Source: Vulcanimicrobiaceae bacterium
GTDB lineage: Bacteria > Vulcanimicrobiota > Vulcanimicrobiia > Vulcanimicrobiales > Vulcanimicrobiaceae
Direction of reading: 5' to 3'
NCBI GenBank assembly: GCA_046262595.1
Contig: JBHEMM010000037.1
Coordinates: 6,804-23,033 of the forward strand
Length of the DNA stretch: 16,230 bases
Below the pieces are notes generated by a model, which was not told the origin of the DNA, ran no database searches, and was given only the letters and a program-made list of their open reading frames with translations. Position numbers and translations under genes: made by a program. This document shows, piece by piece, positions 1-8,222 of this stretch. How positions within the stretch are numbered: the stretch's first letter is position 1; every line of letters begins with the position of its first letter.

Positions 1-1
1 G

Positions 2-1387
2 AACCGGATTGGTGGTATGCGCGGTAAGCGGATTGCCGTCTTTGTCTATCTTCTCTTCGGCGTTGCCGTGGTCGGCCGTTATCGCTAGCAATCCGCCTAC
101 GCCAAGAACCGCCTGGCTCAAACGGTTCACACACCGGTCCAGGACTTCAACGCTTGCAATCGTCGGTTGCCACATGCCGGTATGTCCGACCATGTCGGCG
201 TTTGCGTAGTTCACGATCATCACGTCATACCGCTTGGCCCGGATCTGCGCGATCGCGTAATCGGTAATCTCGGCGGCGCGCATTTGGGGCGCCAGATCGT
301 AGGTGGCGACACTGCGATCCGACGGAATCAGTTTGCGGTCTTCTGCGGGCAGCTGCTCTTCGCGGCCCCCATTGAAAAAGTACGTCACGTGAGCGTATTT
401 TTCGGTTTCGGCCAGGCGCAGCTGCGTGAGGCCCGCCTGCGCGATCGTGTCGCCGAACGTGTCGTACTGCGGGCGCGGGCCGAACAGCACCGGATTCGCA
501 AACGTCTCGTCGTACTTCGTCATCGTCGCGAAGATGAAGCCGCTCGGCGTGCGGACGGGAAAGGCGGAAAACGACGGGTCGGAAAACGCGAGGGTGAGTT
601 GGCGTGCGCGATCGGGGCGGAAGTTGAAAAAGATCGCCGCATCTCCGGTGTGCATCGGACGCGGCGCACCAATGATCGAGGGCTGCACGAATTCATCGTT
701 TTCGCCGCGCTCGTACGCAGTCTGGAGCGCTTCAAGTGCGCTTGCAGCGGAAAACGGCGCATCCGCAAGCGCTATCGCGTCGTATGCGGCTTGCGTGCGT
801 TCCCAGCGCTTGTCGCGATCCATGGCGTAAAAGCGTCCGGTGACGGTGCGGACCGCGCTGCCCTGTCCGAGCGCATCGAGGTGGGATTGCAGAAGGCCGA
901 TGTAAACGGCGGCCGACCGCGGCGGCGTGTCGCGGCCGTCTAAGAACGCATGCACCGCAAGCGGTGCTCCGCAGGCATGCGCCGCGGAAAGCAGCTCGAG
1001 CAGATGATCGATCGAACTGTGAACTTTCCCGTCGGAAAGCAGTCCCATGAAGTGCAGGGTGCCGCCGCGCTGTTGCACGTGAGCGATGCAGGCCTGCAGC
1101 GTTGCGTTGGCTGCGAAATTGCCGCCGGCAATGTCGGCATCGATCACCGTCACGCCTTGCCGAACGACGCGTCCGCTCCCTAAATTGAGATGACCGACCT
1201 CGCTGTTGCCCATGATCCCTTTGGGCAGGCCGACTTCTTCGCCGCTGGCCTCCACCATGGTCCACGGATATTTCGCGAAGTACGCGTTCCAATGCGGAGT
1301 CGACGCAGCCGCGATCGCATTGCCGTGGAGCGCTTCGCGGCATCCCCAGCCATCGAGGATGCACAAGACGACCGGACGGTACGTCAT
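2..1387 (-). CDS. gpmI: 2,3-bisphosphoglycerate-independent phosphoglycerate mutase (3' end cut off by the window edge)
   Basis: Both ends translated by hand. The ATG at 1387 overlaps the tpiA stop (ATGA) and gives MTYRPVVLCILDGWG...GLPKGIMGNSEVGHLNLGSGR, with the catalytic Ser in GNSEVGH. The left end is in the same frame and reads ITADHGNAEE...LTAHTTNPV. It is missing from the ORF track because no stop lies inside the window. Confidence 0.97.
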   Translation of the reverse strand, partial: MTYRPVVLCILDGWGCREALHGNAIAAASTPHWNAYFAKYPWTMVEASGEEVGLPKGIMGNSEVGHLNLGSGRVVRQGVTVIDADIAGGNFAANATLQACIAHVQQRGGTLHFMGLLSDGKVHSSIDHLLELLSAAHACGAPLAVHAFLDGRDTPPRSAAVYIGLLQSHLDALGQGSAVRTVTGRFYAMDRDKRWERTQAAYDAIALADAPFSAASALEALQTAYERGENDEFVQPSIIGAPRPMHTGDAAIFFNFRPDRARQLTLAFSDPSFSAFPVRTPSGFIFATMTKYDETFANPVLFGPRPQYDTFGDTIAQAGLTQLRLAETEKYAHVTYFFNGGREEQLPAEDRKLIPSDRSVATYDLAPQMRAAEITDYAIAQIRAKRYDVMIVNYANADMVGHTGMWQPTIASVEVLDRCVNRLSQAVLGVGGLLAITADHGNAEEKIDKDGNPLTAHTTNPV

Positions 1388-2127
1388 GCGGCCGCGCGCG
1401 CAAGCGCGGCAAACGTTCGCGGATCGAGTGAGGCGCCGCCGACCAGCGCGCCGTCGATATCGGGCTGCGCCGTGTACTGTGCGACGTTCTCGGCTTTGAC
1501 GCTGCCGCCGTACAGGATCGGCACATCCTGCAAGCCGGGCAGACACGAGCGGATAGCGCGCATCGTTTCGTTCGCATCGGCGGCATCGCAGTTTTGTCCG
1601 GTGCCGATGGCCCAAATGGGTTCGTACGCGATCGTCACCAAGCGCAGTTCTTGTTCGTTCAACCCTTCGAGCGCCGCGCGGATTTGAAACTCGACGTGTT
1701 CGCGCTGATTGCCGAGTTCGCGGATAGCGGACGGCTCACCGACGGCGACGATCGGGCGCAAGCCCGCGCGCAGCGCCGTCGCCGTTTTGCGGCGCACGTC
1801 TTCATCGGTCTCGCCGCAATATTGGCGGCGCTCGGAGTGGCCGAGGATCACGTACTGCACGCCGAACTCGGCGAGCATCGGTGCGGAAATTTCACCGGTG
1901 TATGGGCCTTCGCATTGCCAATGCATCGTCTGCGCGCCGAGCTTCACGCGGGACTGCGAACGCAAAATCGGCGAGAGCGCATCCAACGCCGTAAAGGGCG
2001 CGCACAAAACGACTTCCACCGACGCCGGAATCGATGGCACAAGATCGAGAAAGCGGCCGGCGTATTCGACGGCTTCGCTCGCGGTCTTGTACATCTTCCA
2101 GTTGCCCGCGCAGATGCGTTGGCGCAT
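1384..2127 (-). CDS. tpiA: triosephosphate isomerase
   Basis: Motifs AGNWKM, GHSERR, AYEPIWAIGTG, YGGSVK and GALVGGASL; 247 aa; TAATG overlap with the pgk stop. Confidence 0.98.
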   Translation of the reverse strand: MRQRICAGNWKMYKTASEAVEYAGRFLDLVPSIPASVEVVLCAPFTALDALSPILRSQSRVKLGAQTMHWQCEGPYTGEISAPMLAEFGVQYVILGHSERRQYCGETDEDVRRKTATALRAGLRPIVAVGEPSAIRELGNQREHVEFQIRAALEGLNEQELRLVTIAYEPIWAIGTGQNCDAADANETMRAIRSCLPGLQDVPILYGGSVKAENVAQYTAQPDIDGALVGGASLDPRTFAALARAAA

Positions 2128-3308
2128 TAAACGCGCTGCTCCAAAGCCCGAATACCGGGCAATTGTTTGCCTTCCAAAAATTCGAGCGTCGCACCGCCGC
2201 CCGTGCTCACGTGCGTGACTTTTTCCGCAAAGCCGAGCTCTTCGGCCGCAGCTGCCGCATCGCCGCCGCCCACGATGGTCGTCGCTCCCGACCGCGTGGC
2301 GGCAACCATCGCTTCGCCGATGCGCCGGGTGCCTTCGCGGTACGCAGCCTTTTCGTACACGCCCATAGGGCCGTTGAAGACGACGGTTTTCGCCGTTTCG
2401 ATGACGTGCGCGTACGCGTCCGCCGTTTTGGGGCCGATGTCCAGAATCATTTGTTCGCCCACACCCGCCAGCGCGACCACATGCGCACCCGCATCGTCGT
2501 CGAACGAAGCCGAAACCACGGCGTCCACGGGCAAATGCAGCGCGACGCCGCGTTCGCGCGCTAAAGCGATGATCTCGCCCGCCGGCGTTAAATCCGCATC
2601 GCGCAGCGATTTGCCCACGTCCACGCCGTTTGCGGCCAGAAACGTGTTGGCCATGCCTCCGCCGATGCAGAACGCGTGCACCTTTTCCATGAGTTTGGTG
2701 AACACTCCGACCTTGTCTTTGACTTTGGCTCCGCCGATGATGCAGACGTACGGCTGCTGCGGATCGTTCACCAGTTTTGAAAGCGCGTCGATCTCCGCTT
2801 GCATCAGCAGGCCCGCGTAAGCCGGCAGCAGATGCGCGACGCCTTCGGTTGAAGCATGGGCGCGGTGCGCCGTGCCGAATGCGTCGTTGACGTACAGATC
2901 CGCAAGCGATGCCAGCCGCTGTGCGAACCGCGGATCGTTCGTTTCTTCTCCCGGTTCGAAGCGCACGTTTTCGAGCATGACGATCTGTCCGTCACGCATC
3001 GCGGCGACCGCTTCGTGCGCCGATACGCCGGCGACATCGCTCGAGAACGTGACGTCGATGCCGAGCCGTTTAGAAAGCGCGTCTGCAACGGGTTTAAGCG
3101 TGTATTTGGGATCCGCTTTGCCGTCCGGCCGTCCCAAATGCGACACCACGATCGTGCGCGCGCCGCGCTCGGCCAAATAGCGCAGCGTCGGCAGGGACGC
3201 ATCGATGCGCTTCATGTCGCCGATGGCGCCGTCTTGCATCGGCACGTTCAAATCTTCCCGCACCAGCACGCGTTTGCCGGCGAGCGCGGCTTGCTTGAGC
3301 GATTGCAT
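2127..3308 (-). CDS. pgk: phosphoglycerate kinase
   Basis: Motifs RVLVREDLNVP, SHLGRP, LENVRF, NDAFGTAHRAHAS, GGAKVKDK and HVSTGGGATLEFLEG; 393 aa. Confidence 0.98.
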   Translation of the reverse strand: MQSLKQAALAGKRVLVREDLNVPMQDGAIGDMKRIDASLPTLRYLAERGARTIVVSHLGRPDGKADPKYTLKPVADALSKRLGIDVTFSSDVAGVSAHEAVAAMRDGQIVMLENVRFEPGEETNDPRFAQRLASLADLYVNDAFGTAHRAHASTEGVAHLLPAYAGLLMQAEIDALSKLVNDPQQPYVCIIGGAKVKDKVGVFTKLMEKVHAFCIGGGMANTFLAANGVDVGKSLRDADLTPAGEIIALARERGVALHLPVDAVVSASFDDDAGAHVVALAGVGEQMILDIGPKTADAYAHVIETAKTVVFNGPMGVYEKAAYREGTRRIGEAMVAATRSGATTIVGGGDAAAAAEELGFAEKVTHVSTGGGATLEFLEGKQLPGIRALEQRV

Positions 3309-3314
3309 TCCCGT

Positions 3315-4340
3315 TCAGACGCCGGCGGGTATTTTCTCCAGCACCATCGCCGTGAGATCGGCCAGACGGCACGAGTAGCCCCATTCATTGTCATACCATG
3401 CGCCGATCTGGATCAGGTCGCCGTTGGCTCCGGTAAGACCCGCGTCGACGATCGAACTGTACGGCGAGCGTTTGAAATCGCTCGAGACGAGTTCTTCCTC
3501 GCTGTACCGCACGTACTCTTTGAGATCGCCGTTTGCGGCATTGCGCAGAATGCCGTTCAGTTCCGCCTTCGTCGTTTCTTTTTTGACCTGCGCTACCAAA
3601 TACACCATGGAGACCGTTGGCGTCGGTACGCGCAAAGCGAAGCCGTCGAACGTGCCCTCAACCTCGGGAATCGTCAGATAGAGCGCCTTCGCCGCGCCCG
3701 TCGAGGTGGGAATGATGTTCGTTGCCGCGCTGCGCGCGCGCCGCAGATCTTTATGCGGAGCGTCCAGGATATTTTGATCGTTGGTGTACGAGTGAATCGT
3801 CGACATGAAGCCCTTGACCCATCCCAAGTTGTCGACGATCGGTTTGACCGCGGTCGCCAAGCAGTTCGTCGTGCACGACGCGTTCGAAATGACGTGATGA
3901 CGCGCCGGATCGTATTGCGCGTGATTCACGCCCAAGACCACCGTAATGTCTTCGCCTTTTGCGGGCGCGGAGATCAGCACTTTTCTCGCGCCGCCGCCGT
4001 CAATATGTGCGCGCGCTTTGGACGCGTCGGTGAATAGGCCCGTCGACTCGATCACCACATCCACGCCGAGATCTTTCCAGGGCAGCTTCGCGGGGTCGCG
4101 CTCGGCGAGCACTTTGATGGCCTGCTTGGAGGAGCCCAGCGACGCTTCGAGCATGTTGCCGGACACTGAAACGCTGCCCTCGTACGGCCCGTAGTTCGAA
4201 TCGTACTTGAAGAGATGCGCGCACTCGGCTGCGGTCGTCAGATCGTTAACCGCCGCGATCTCGATTCCGGGGTGGCGTTCCATCAGCGCCTTGGCGAAAT
4301 TCCGTCCGATGCGGCCGAAGCCGTTAATGCCGATACGCAT
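3315..4340 (-). CDS. gap: type I glyceraldehyde-3-phosphate dehydrogenase
   Basis: GINGFGRIGR Rossmann motif, active site SNASCTTNCLA, DLRRAR and WYDNEWGYS; 341 aa. Confidence 0.98.
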   Translation of the reverse strand: MRIGINGFGRIGRNFAKALMERHPGIEIAAVNDLTTAAECAHLFKYDSNYGPYEGSVSVSGNMLEASLGSSKQAIKVLAERDPAKLPWKDLGVDVVIESTGLFTDASKARAHIDGGGARKVLISAPAKGEDITVVLGVNHAQYDPARHHVISNASCTTNCLATAVKPIVDNLGWVKGFMSTIHSYTNDQNILDAPHKDLRRARSAATNIIPTSTGAAKALYLTIPEVEGTFDGFALRVPTPTVSMVYLVAQVKKETTKAELNGILRNAANGDLKEYVRYSEEELVSSDFKRSPYSSIVDAGLTGANGDLIQIGAWYDNEWGYSCRLADLTAMVLEKIPAGV

Positions 4341-4348
4341 AGCAAAAT

Positions 4349-4354
4349 CTCCTC
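4349..4354 (-). promoter_or_regulatory. ribosome binding site of gap
   Basis: GAGGAG 8 nt upstream of the gap ATG, overlapping the whiA TGA stop. Confidence 0.75.
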
Positions 4355-5231
4355 ACGGTTTCTCACTACGAGCAGCCGCAGGACTTTCCCCGCGCAAGCG
4401 GCGCGCTAATCGCGCGAGCGAGGCGAGTCTGCTGTTGACGGTGGGCTTTCCGATGGGCGGGTTGCAGCGGCGGCCGAGCTCGCTCAGACTTTCGTCGGGG
4501 TGCTGCACGCGCAGGCGCACGATTTCGCGAAGCGCGGGCGAGAGGCGGTGCAGTCCGTAGGCATCAGCGATGAAATCGATGGCATCCCGCTGCGCTGCTG
4601 CGGCGGCGGCGGTTCGTTCCAGGTTCGCGGCTTCCGTATTGACCAGGCGGTGAATGCGGTTCTTCGTTTCTTTCATCGCGCGCACGTCTTCCAAGCGCAA
4701 TACCGCTCCGTGCGCGCCCGTTACCGTCAGCAGCTCGACGATGGCTTCGAAGTCTTTGTAGTACAGCACGTGACGGCGTTTGCGCATCATCGACTTCGGT
4801 GCCATTCCGACCGAACGCAGCGTCCACTGCAGCCGCGCCGCGCGGTCGGCGCCGTGCAGAACGAATTCCAAATGATAGCCGTGCGCGGCGGCGGAGAGCG
4901 AACCGCACGCCAGAAAGGCAGCGCGCGCTTCGAGGATGCGGTCGCAGCGGTGCGCCGGCTTCGCGGGTGTCTGCGTGAGCGGTTTCGGCAAAGCGACGCG
5001 GTACGCGGCTGCGCGCGTCAGCCGGCTCGCCGCCGCCTTCTCGATGTGATACTCGCGCTCTCCCAAAAGCGATCGGAACAAACGCGCGACCGCATTGCGC
5101 TGCGTTGCGAAATACCCGCGGCGCTCGCCGTAATAGGCCAGGCCCGCCAGCAGCGCGGCACGGCAATGCGCGGCGGGCGGCAGCTCTCGCGCGAGGGCGT
5201 CCTTGGTATCGGCGGAGAGGCTTACACCCAC
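4353..5231 (-). CDS. whiA: DNA-binding protein WhiA (degenerate LAGLIDADG domain plus C-terminal HTH)
   Basis: N-terminal SLSADTKDALAR...CRAALLAGL, central RAAFLACGSLS...YHLEF, NRIHRLVNTEAANLERT, and C-terminal HTH LRVQHPDESLSELGRRCNPPIGKPTVNSRL; 292 aa. The GTG start overlaps the upstream gene by 10 nt, so the exact start is slightly uncertain. Confidence 0.92.
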   Translation of the reverse strand: MGVSLSADTKDALARELPPAAHCRAALLAGLAYYGERRGYFATQRNAVARLFRSLLGEREYHIEKAAASRLTRAAAYRVALPKPLTQTPAKPAHRCDRILEARAAFLACGSLSAAAHGYHLEFVLHGADRAARLQWTLRSVGMAPKSMMRKRRHVLYYKDFEAIVELLTVTGAHGAVLRLEDVRAMKETKNRIHRLVNTEAANLERTAAAAAAQRDAIDFIADAYGLHRLSPALREIVRLRVQHPDESLSELGRRCNPPIGKPTVNSRLASLARLARRLRGESPAAARSEKP

Positions 5232-5497
5232 TGCGCGGGTTCGTCGCGGCGCTGGTCCAAGATTTCGTACAGATCGGCGGGTTTGGTTCCCGGGGTGACG
5301 CGCAGCGGCACGTCCCGCACGCGAACCGTGAGGAACTTGGCGGCGTAGTGGATCTCCAGAACGTCGCCGGGTTTGACCTGGTAGCCCGGCTTGAGCGCGC
5401 GTCCATCTTTGGTGATGCGCCCGTGTTCGAGCGCTTCGTGCGCCTCGCTGCGCCGCTTGCTTAGCCGCGAGACCTTCATGAACTTATCGAGGCGCAT
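5222..5497 (-). CDS. S4 RNA-binding domain protein, YabO/RqcP/Hsp15-like (91 aa)
   Basis: MRLDKFMKVSRLSKRRSEAHEALEHGRITKDGRALKPGYQVKPGDVLEI is a classic standalone S4 N-terminus. The start is placed at ATG 5497, not 5758 as in the ORF track, because that extension overlaps the divergent MATE gene. Confidence 0.9.
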   Translation of the reverse strand: MRLDKFMKVSRLSKRRSEAHEALEHGRITKDGRALKPGYQVKPGDVLEIHYAAKFLTVRVRDVPLRVTPGTKPADLYEILDQRRDEPAQWV

Positions 5498-5593
5498 ATG
5501 CCGTCCGCTGTTCGGGATTACCCGGCCGTCATCCTGAGTGCTTCTGCCCCGCGGCATCACGGGAGCATGAGCGCGGCATCCCCGTGACAAACG

Positions 5594-6979
5594 GTGGCGT
5601 GGATGCAGGCGCGAGGCAGCGTTGATATTTTCGATGAGAGCCGTCCCATGTGGCGGCTTTTTCTCGTCTTTTTGATCCCGCTGATTTTGAGCAATGCGCT
5701 GCAGTCCGCCTCGCAGACGATATCGAGCATCTATCTGGGCCGTTTGATCGGCGTGCATGCGCTCGCCGCCGTTTCATCGATCTTTCCGGTCATTTTTCTG
5801 CTCATCTCGTTTATGATCGGTCTTGCCAGCGGCAGCACGGTGCTCATCGGCCAGGCGTTCGGCGCAAAGCAGACGCACACGATGAAACGCGTCGCGGGGA
5901 CAACGCTCTCCGTCAGTTTCATTCTGGGCCTCGTGTTCAGCGTGCTCGGACAGTTTTACGCCTATCCGCTGCTGCATCTGGTCGGAACGCCGACCGACGT
6001 CATCCACGACGCCGTCGTCTATTCGAAGGTCGTTTTCTTGTGGTTCCCCGCGTTTTTCCCGTATTTGGCGTATACGACATTTTTGCGCGGCACGGGCGAT
6101 TCGCAGACGCCGTTTTACTTTTTAATCGTCAGCACCGTCCTGAACGTGATTTTGACGCCCGCGTTCATCTTAGGGTGGGCCGGGTTGCCGCACATCGGCA
6201 TTGCCGGCGCGGCGATCGCCGGATACATCGCGAATGCTGCGGCGTTTGCTGCCTTTTTGATCTATCTCGAAAAGCGCCGCCACGCGCTGCGCTTCGACAT
6301 GGAGATGCTGCGCGGCATGACGATCGACTGGCCGCTGCTGGGCAAAATCGTGCGCATCGGCGTCCCGGCCGGCTTGCAAACCATTATGGTGGCGTTCGCC
6401 GAAATCGCCGTCATCAGTTTCGTCAATCGCTACGGCTCCGATGCCACCGCCGCGTATGGAGCGGTGAACCAAATCATCGGCTACGTGCAGTTCCCCGCAA
6501 TCAGCATCGGCATCACGGCCTCCATCTTCGGCGCGCAAAGCATCGGCGCGCACCGGCAAGACAAACTCAATGCCGTTATCCGTTCGGGCGTTTTTCTCAA
6601 CTACGCGATCGGCGGGGCGATCATTGCGCTGTGCTATGTGTTCGCCTATCCGATCTTGGGATGGTTCATCACGCAGCCCCGGCCGCTCGAAATCGCGCAC
6701 GGCCTGCTGATGATCACGCTGTGGAGCTATCTCTTGTTCGGTAACGGCGCCGTCTTGGGCGGCGTCATGCGCAGCAGCGGATCGGTGCTGTGGCCGACGG
6801 CGTTCACCATCTTCGCGATTTGGGGCATCGAAGTGCCCACGGCGTATCTGTTGATGCCGCGTCTGGGCATCGACGGCGTCTGGATGGGGTATCCGGCGGC
6901 GTACGCGGTTTCGCTCGCGCTGGTGTTTTTCTATTACACGCAGTTTTGGAAGAACAAAACGCATCGCAGGCTCGTGTAA
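5594..6979 (+). CDS. MATE-family efflux transporter (MOP superfamily)
   Basis: About 12 hydrophobic segments in two internal repeats, with FLIPLILSNALQS, GRLIGVHALAAV, LIGQAFGA, FLRGTGDSQTP and VNRYGSDATAAYG. The start is either GTG 5594 or ATG 5603. Confidence 0.92.
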   Translation: MAWMQARGSVDIFDESRPMWRLFLVFLIPLILSNALQSASQTISSIYLGRLIGVHALAAVSSIFPVIFLLISFMIGLASGSTVLIGQAFGAKQTHTMKRVAGTTLSVSFILGLVFSVLGQFYAYPLLHLVGTPTDVIHDAVVYSKVVFLWFPAFFPYLAYTTFLRGTGDSQTPFYFLIVSTVLNVILTPAFILGWAGLPHIGIAGAAIAGYIANAAAFAAFLIYLEKRRHALRFDMEMLRGMTIDWPLLGKIVRIGVPAGLQTIMVAFAEIAVISFVNRYGSDATAAYGAVNQIIGYVQFPAISIGITASIFGAQSIGAHRQDKLNAVIRSGVFLNYAIGGAIIALCYVFAYPILGWFITQPRPLEIAHGLLMITLWSYLLFGNGAVLGGVMRSSGSVLWPTAFTIFAIWGIEVPTAYLLMPRLGIDGVWMGYPAAYAVSLALVFFYYTQFWKNKTHRRLV

Positions 6980-7040
6980 GCGAGCGCCCTAACCGTCCTC
7001 TCAGGAAGCAGTGAGTTTTATGGTCTATCCTTACCGCTAG

Positions 7041-8222
7041 ATGACTGCCCTCACCATCCTGTGCGACATCGTGGGTCATTGCGGCGGCGCCGAGCGCTAT
7101 TGGGAAACCGTCGTGCCGGAGCTCGCGCGCGCGCATGACGTGCGCTTGTTTGGCCGGGACGTGCGCGGCGAGCATTCGTTCGGCGTGCGCGCCGAGCAGA
7201 TCGCTTGGGCAAGTGACGAGCAGCCTGCATCGGCGCAGGCGGCGGAGCGCGTTGCGCACGCTTTGGACGGCGGCGGAACCGTCATCACGGCCAATGTTTT
7301 CGACCCGCTCGTGCTGCAGGCAGTGCGGCGCAAGGCGACGCGTTGGATCGCGCGCATCCACGATCACCGCACGTTTTGTCCGAACGGAAACAAAACGTTC
7401 CCGCAATTCCGCGGCGTGTGCGGCTTTGCGATGGGTAAGGCGTGTGTGGTGAACAGCGCGCTGCGCGGATGCGTGTGCGGGCCGCGCCCCGCATCGTTCG
7501 AGCGCATTCGAAACCGCATGCGCGGCCGCGACGTGTTGCGTGAAGCCGGCACGGTGCTCGTTTCGAGCTCGTATATGCAGGCGCTCTGCGTGCAGAACGG
7601 TATCAGCGCCGCCAGGATCCGTATCACTCCGCCGCCCGTGGCGGATGCGTTTTTCGCCGCACACGAACGCCCGTCCGCGCGTTCGGTGCTGTTCTTCGGC
7701 CGCGTCAACGAAGAGAAGGGCATCTTCTCGCTCATCCGCGCGCTTGCCGCCCTTGCGCCGGCGGATCGTCCGCCGCTGGCCGTCGCGGGCGAATGCGGCG
7801 ATGCCTCCGGCGCGCGGGCAACGGCGCTCGCGCTGGAGCTGGGCGTCAAGGCGGAGTGGCTTGGCTGGCTTTCGCAGTCGCAGTTGCGCGGCGCGATCGA
7901 CGAATCGCGGGTCGTCGCATTGCCTTCGCTTTGGCCGGAGCCGTTTGGTTTAGCCGGTATTCAGGCCCTGGCGCGGGCGCGCCCGGTTGTCGCCTACGAC
8001 GTCGGCGGCATTGCGGAATGGCTTGACGGCGGCGGCACGGCGGTGCGGCGCGGCGACGAGCGCGCGCTGGGTGCGGCGATTGCATCGTTGTGCGGCAACG
8101 AAGCCCACTGGCGCGCGGCGTGTGATGCGGCGCGCCGCACCGCTGGCCGTTACCGGCTCGATGCGCATATGGAAACGCTCCGGGACGTCCTGGATCTTCA
8201 GCAAGATGGGATAGCAAGTTGA
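7041..8222 (+). CDS. GT-B fold glycosyltransferase, family 4, with Cys-rich insert
   Basis: N-terminal GGAERY, HDHRTFCP, FFGRVNEEKG, LPSLWPEPFGLAGIQA and PVVAYDVGGIAEWL; 393 aa. Confidence 0.92.
   Translation: MTALTILCDIVGHCGGAERYWETVVPELARAHDVRLFGRDVRGEHSFGVRAEQIAWASDEQPASAQAAERVAHALDGGGTVITANVFDPLVLQAVRRKATRWIARIHDHRTFCPNGNKTFPQFRGVCGFAMGKACVVNSALRGCVCGPRPASFERIRNRMRGRDVLREAGTVLVSSSYMQALCVQNGISAARIRITPPPVADAFFAAHERPSARSVLFFGRVNEEKGIFSLIRALAALAPADRPPLAVAGECGDASGARATALALELGVKAEWLGWLSQSQLRGAIDESRVVALPSLWPEPFGLAGIQALARARPVVAYDVGGIAEWLDGGGTAVRRGDERALGAAIASLCGNEAHWRAACDAARRTAGRYRLDAHMETLRDVLDLQQDGIAS

Noticed and set aside
732..1586. 284-aa minus-strand ORF overlapping tpiA and gpmI
   Set aside because: Arg-rich alternative frame; the real gene is gpmI in another frame starting at 1387.
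3730..3800. GAPDH S-loop LDAPHKDLRRAR as a sign of NADP specificity
   Set aside because: The Pro of the S-loop and the Asp of VNDL are retained, consistent with an ordinary NAD-dependent glycolytic enzyme in a glycolytic operon.
2856..4037. 393-aa plus-strand ORF antisense to pgk/gap, and similar ORFs at 167-943, 4500-5348 and 11694-12569
   Set aside because: Antisense shadows of well-supported housekeeping genes, expected from GC-rich codon usage.
5498..5758. N-terminal extension of the S4 protein in the ORF track (178 aa)
   Set aside because: It overlaps the divergent MATE gene, and S4 similarity begins at MRLDKF (5497).
5650..6744. 364-aa alternative-frame ORF inside the MATE gene
   Set aside because: Arg-rich off-frame product with no motif, RBS or independent support.
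5594..6979. Calling the transporter MurJ, Wzx or a YabM orthologue
   Set aside because: Its motifs (LRGTGDSQTP, LIGQAFGA) are those of drug/ion antiporter-type MATEs, and its orientation and position differ from yabM.
7041..8222. Labelling the GT4 as sqdX
   Set aside because: Adjacency to sqdB is suggestive, but the sequence lacks recognisable SqdX/SQD2 features, so no symbol was assigned.
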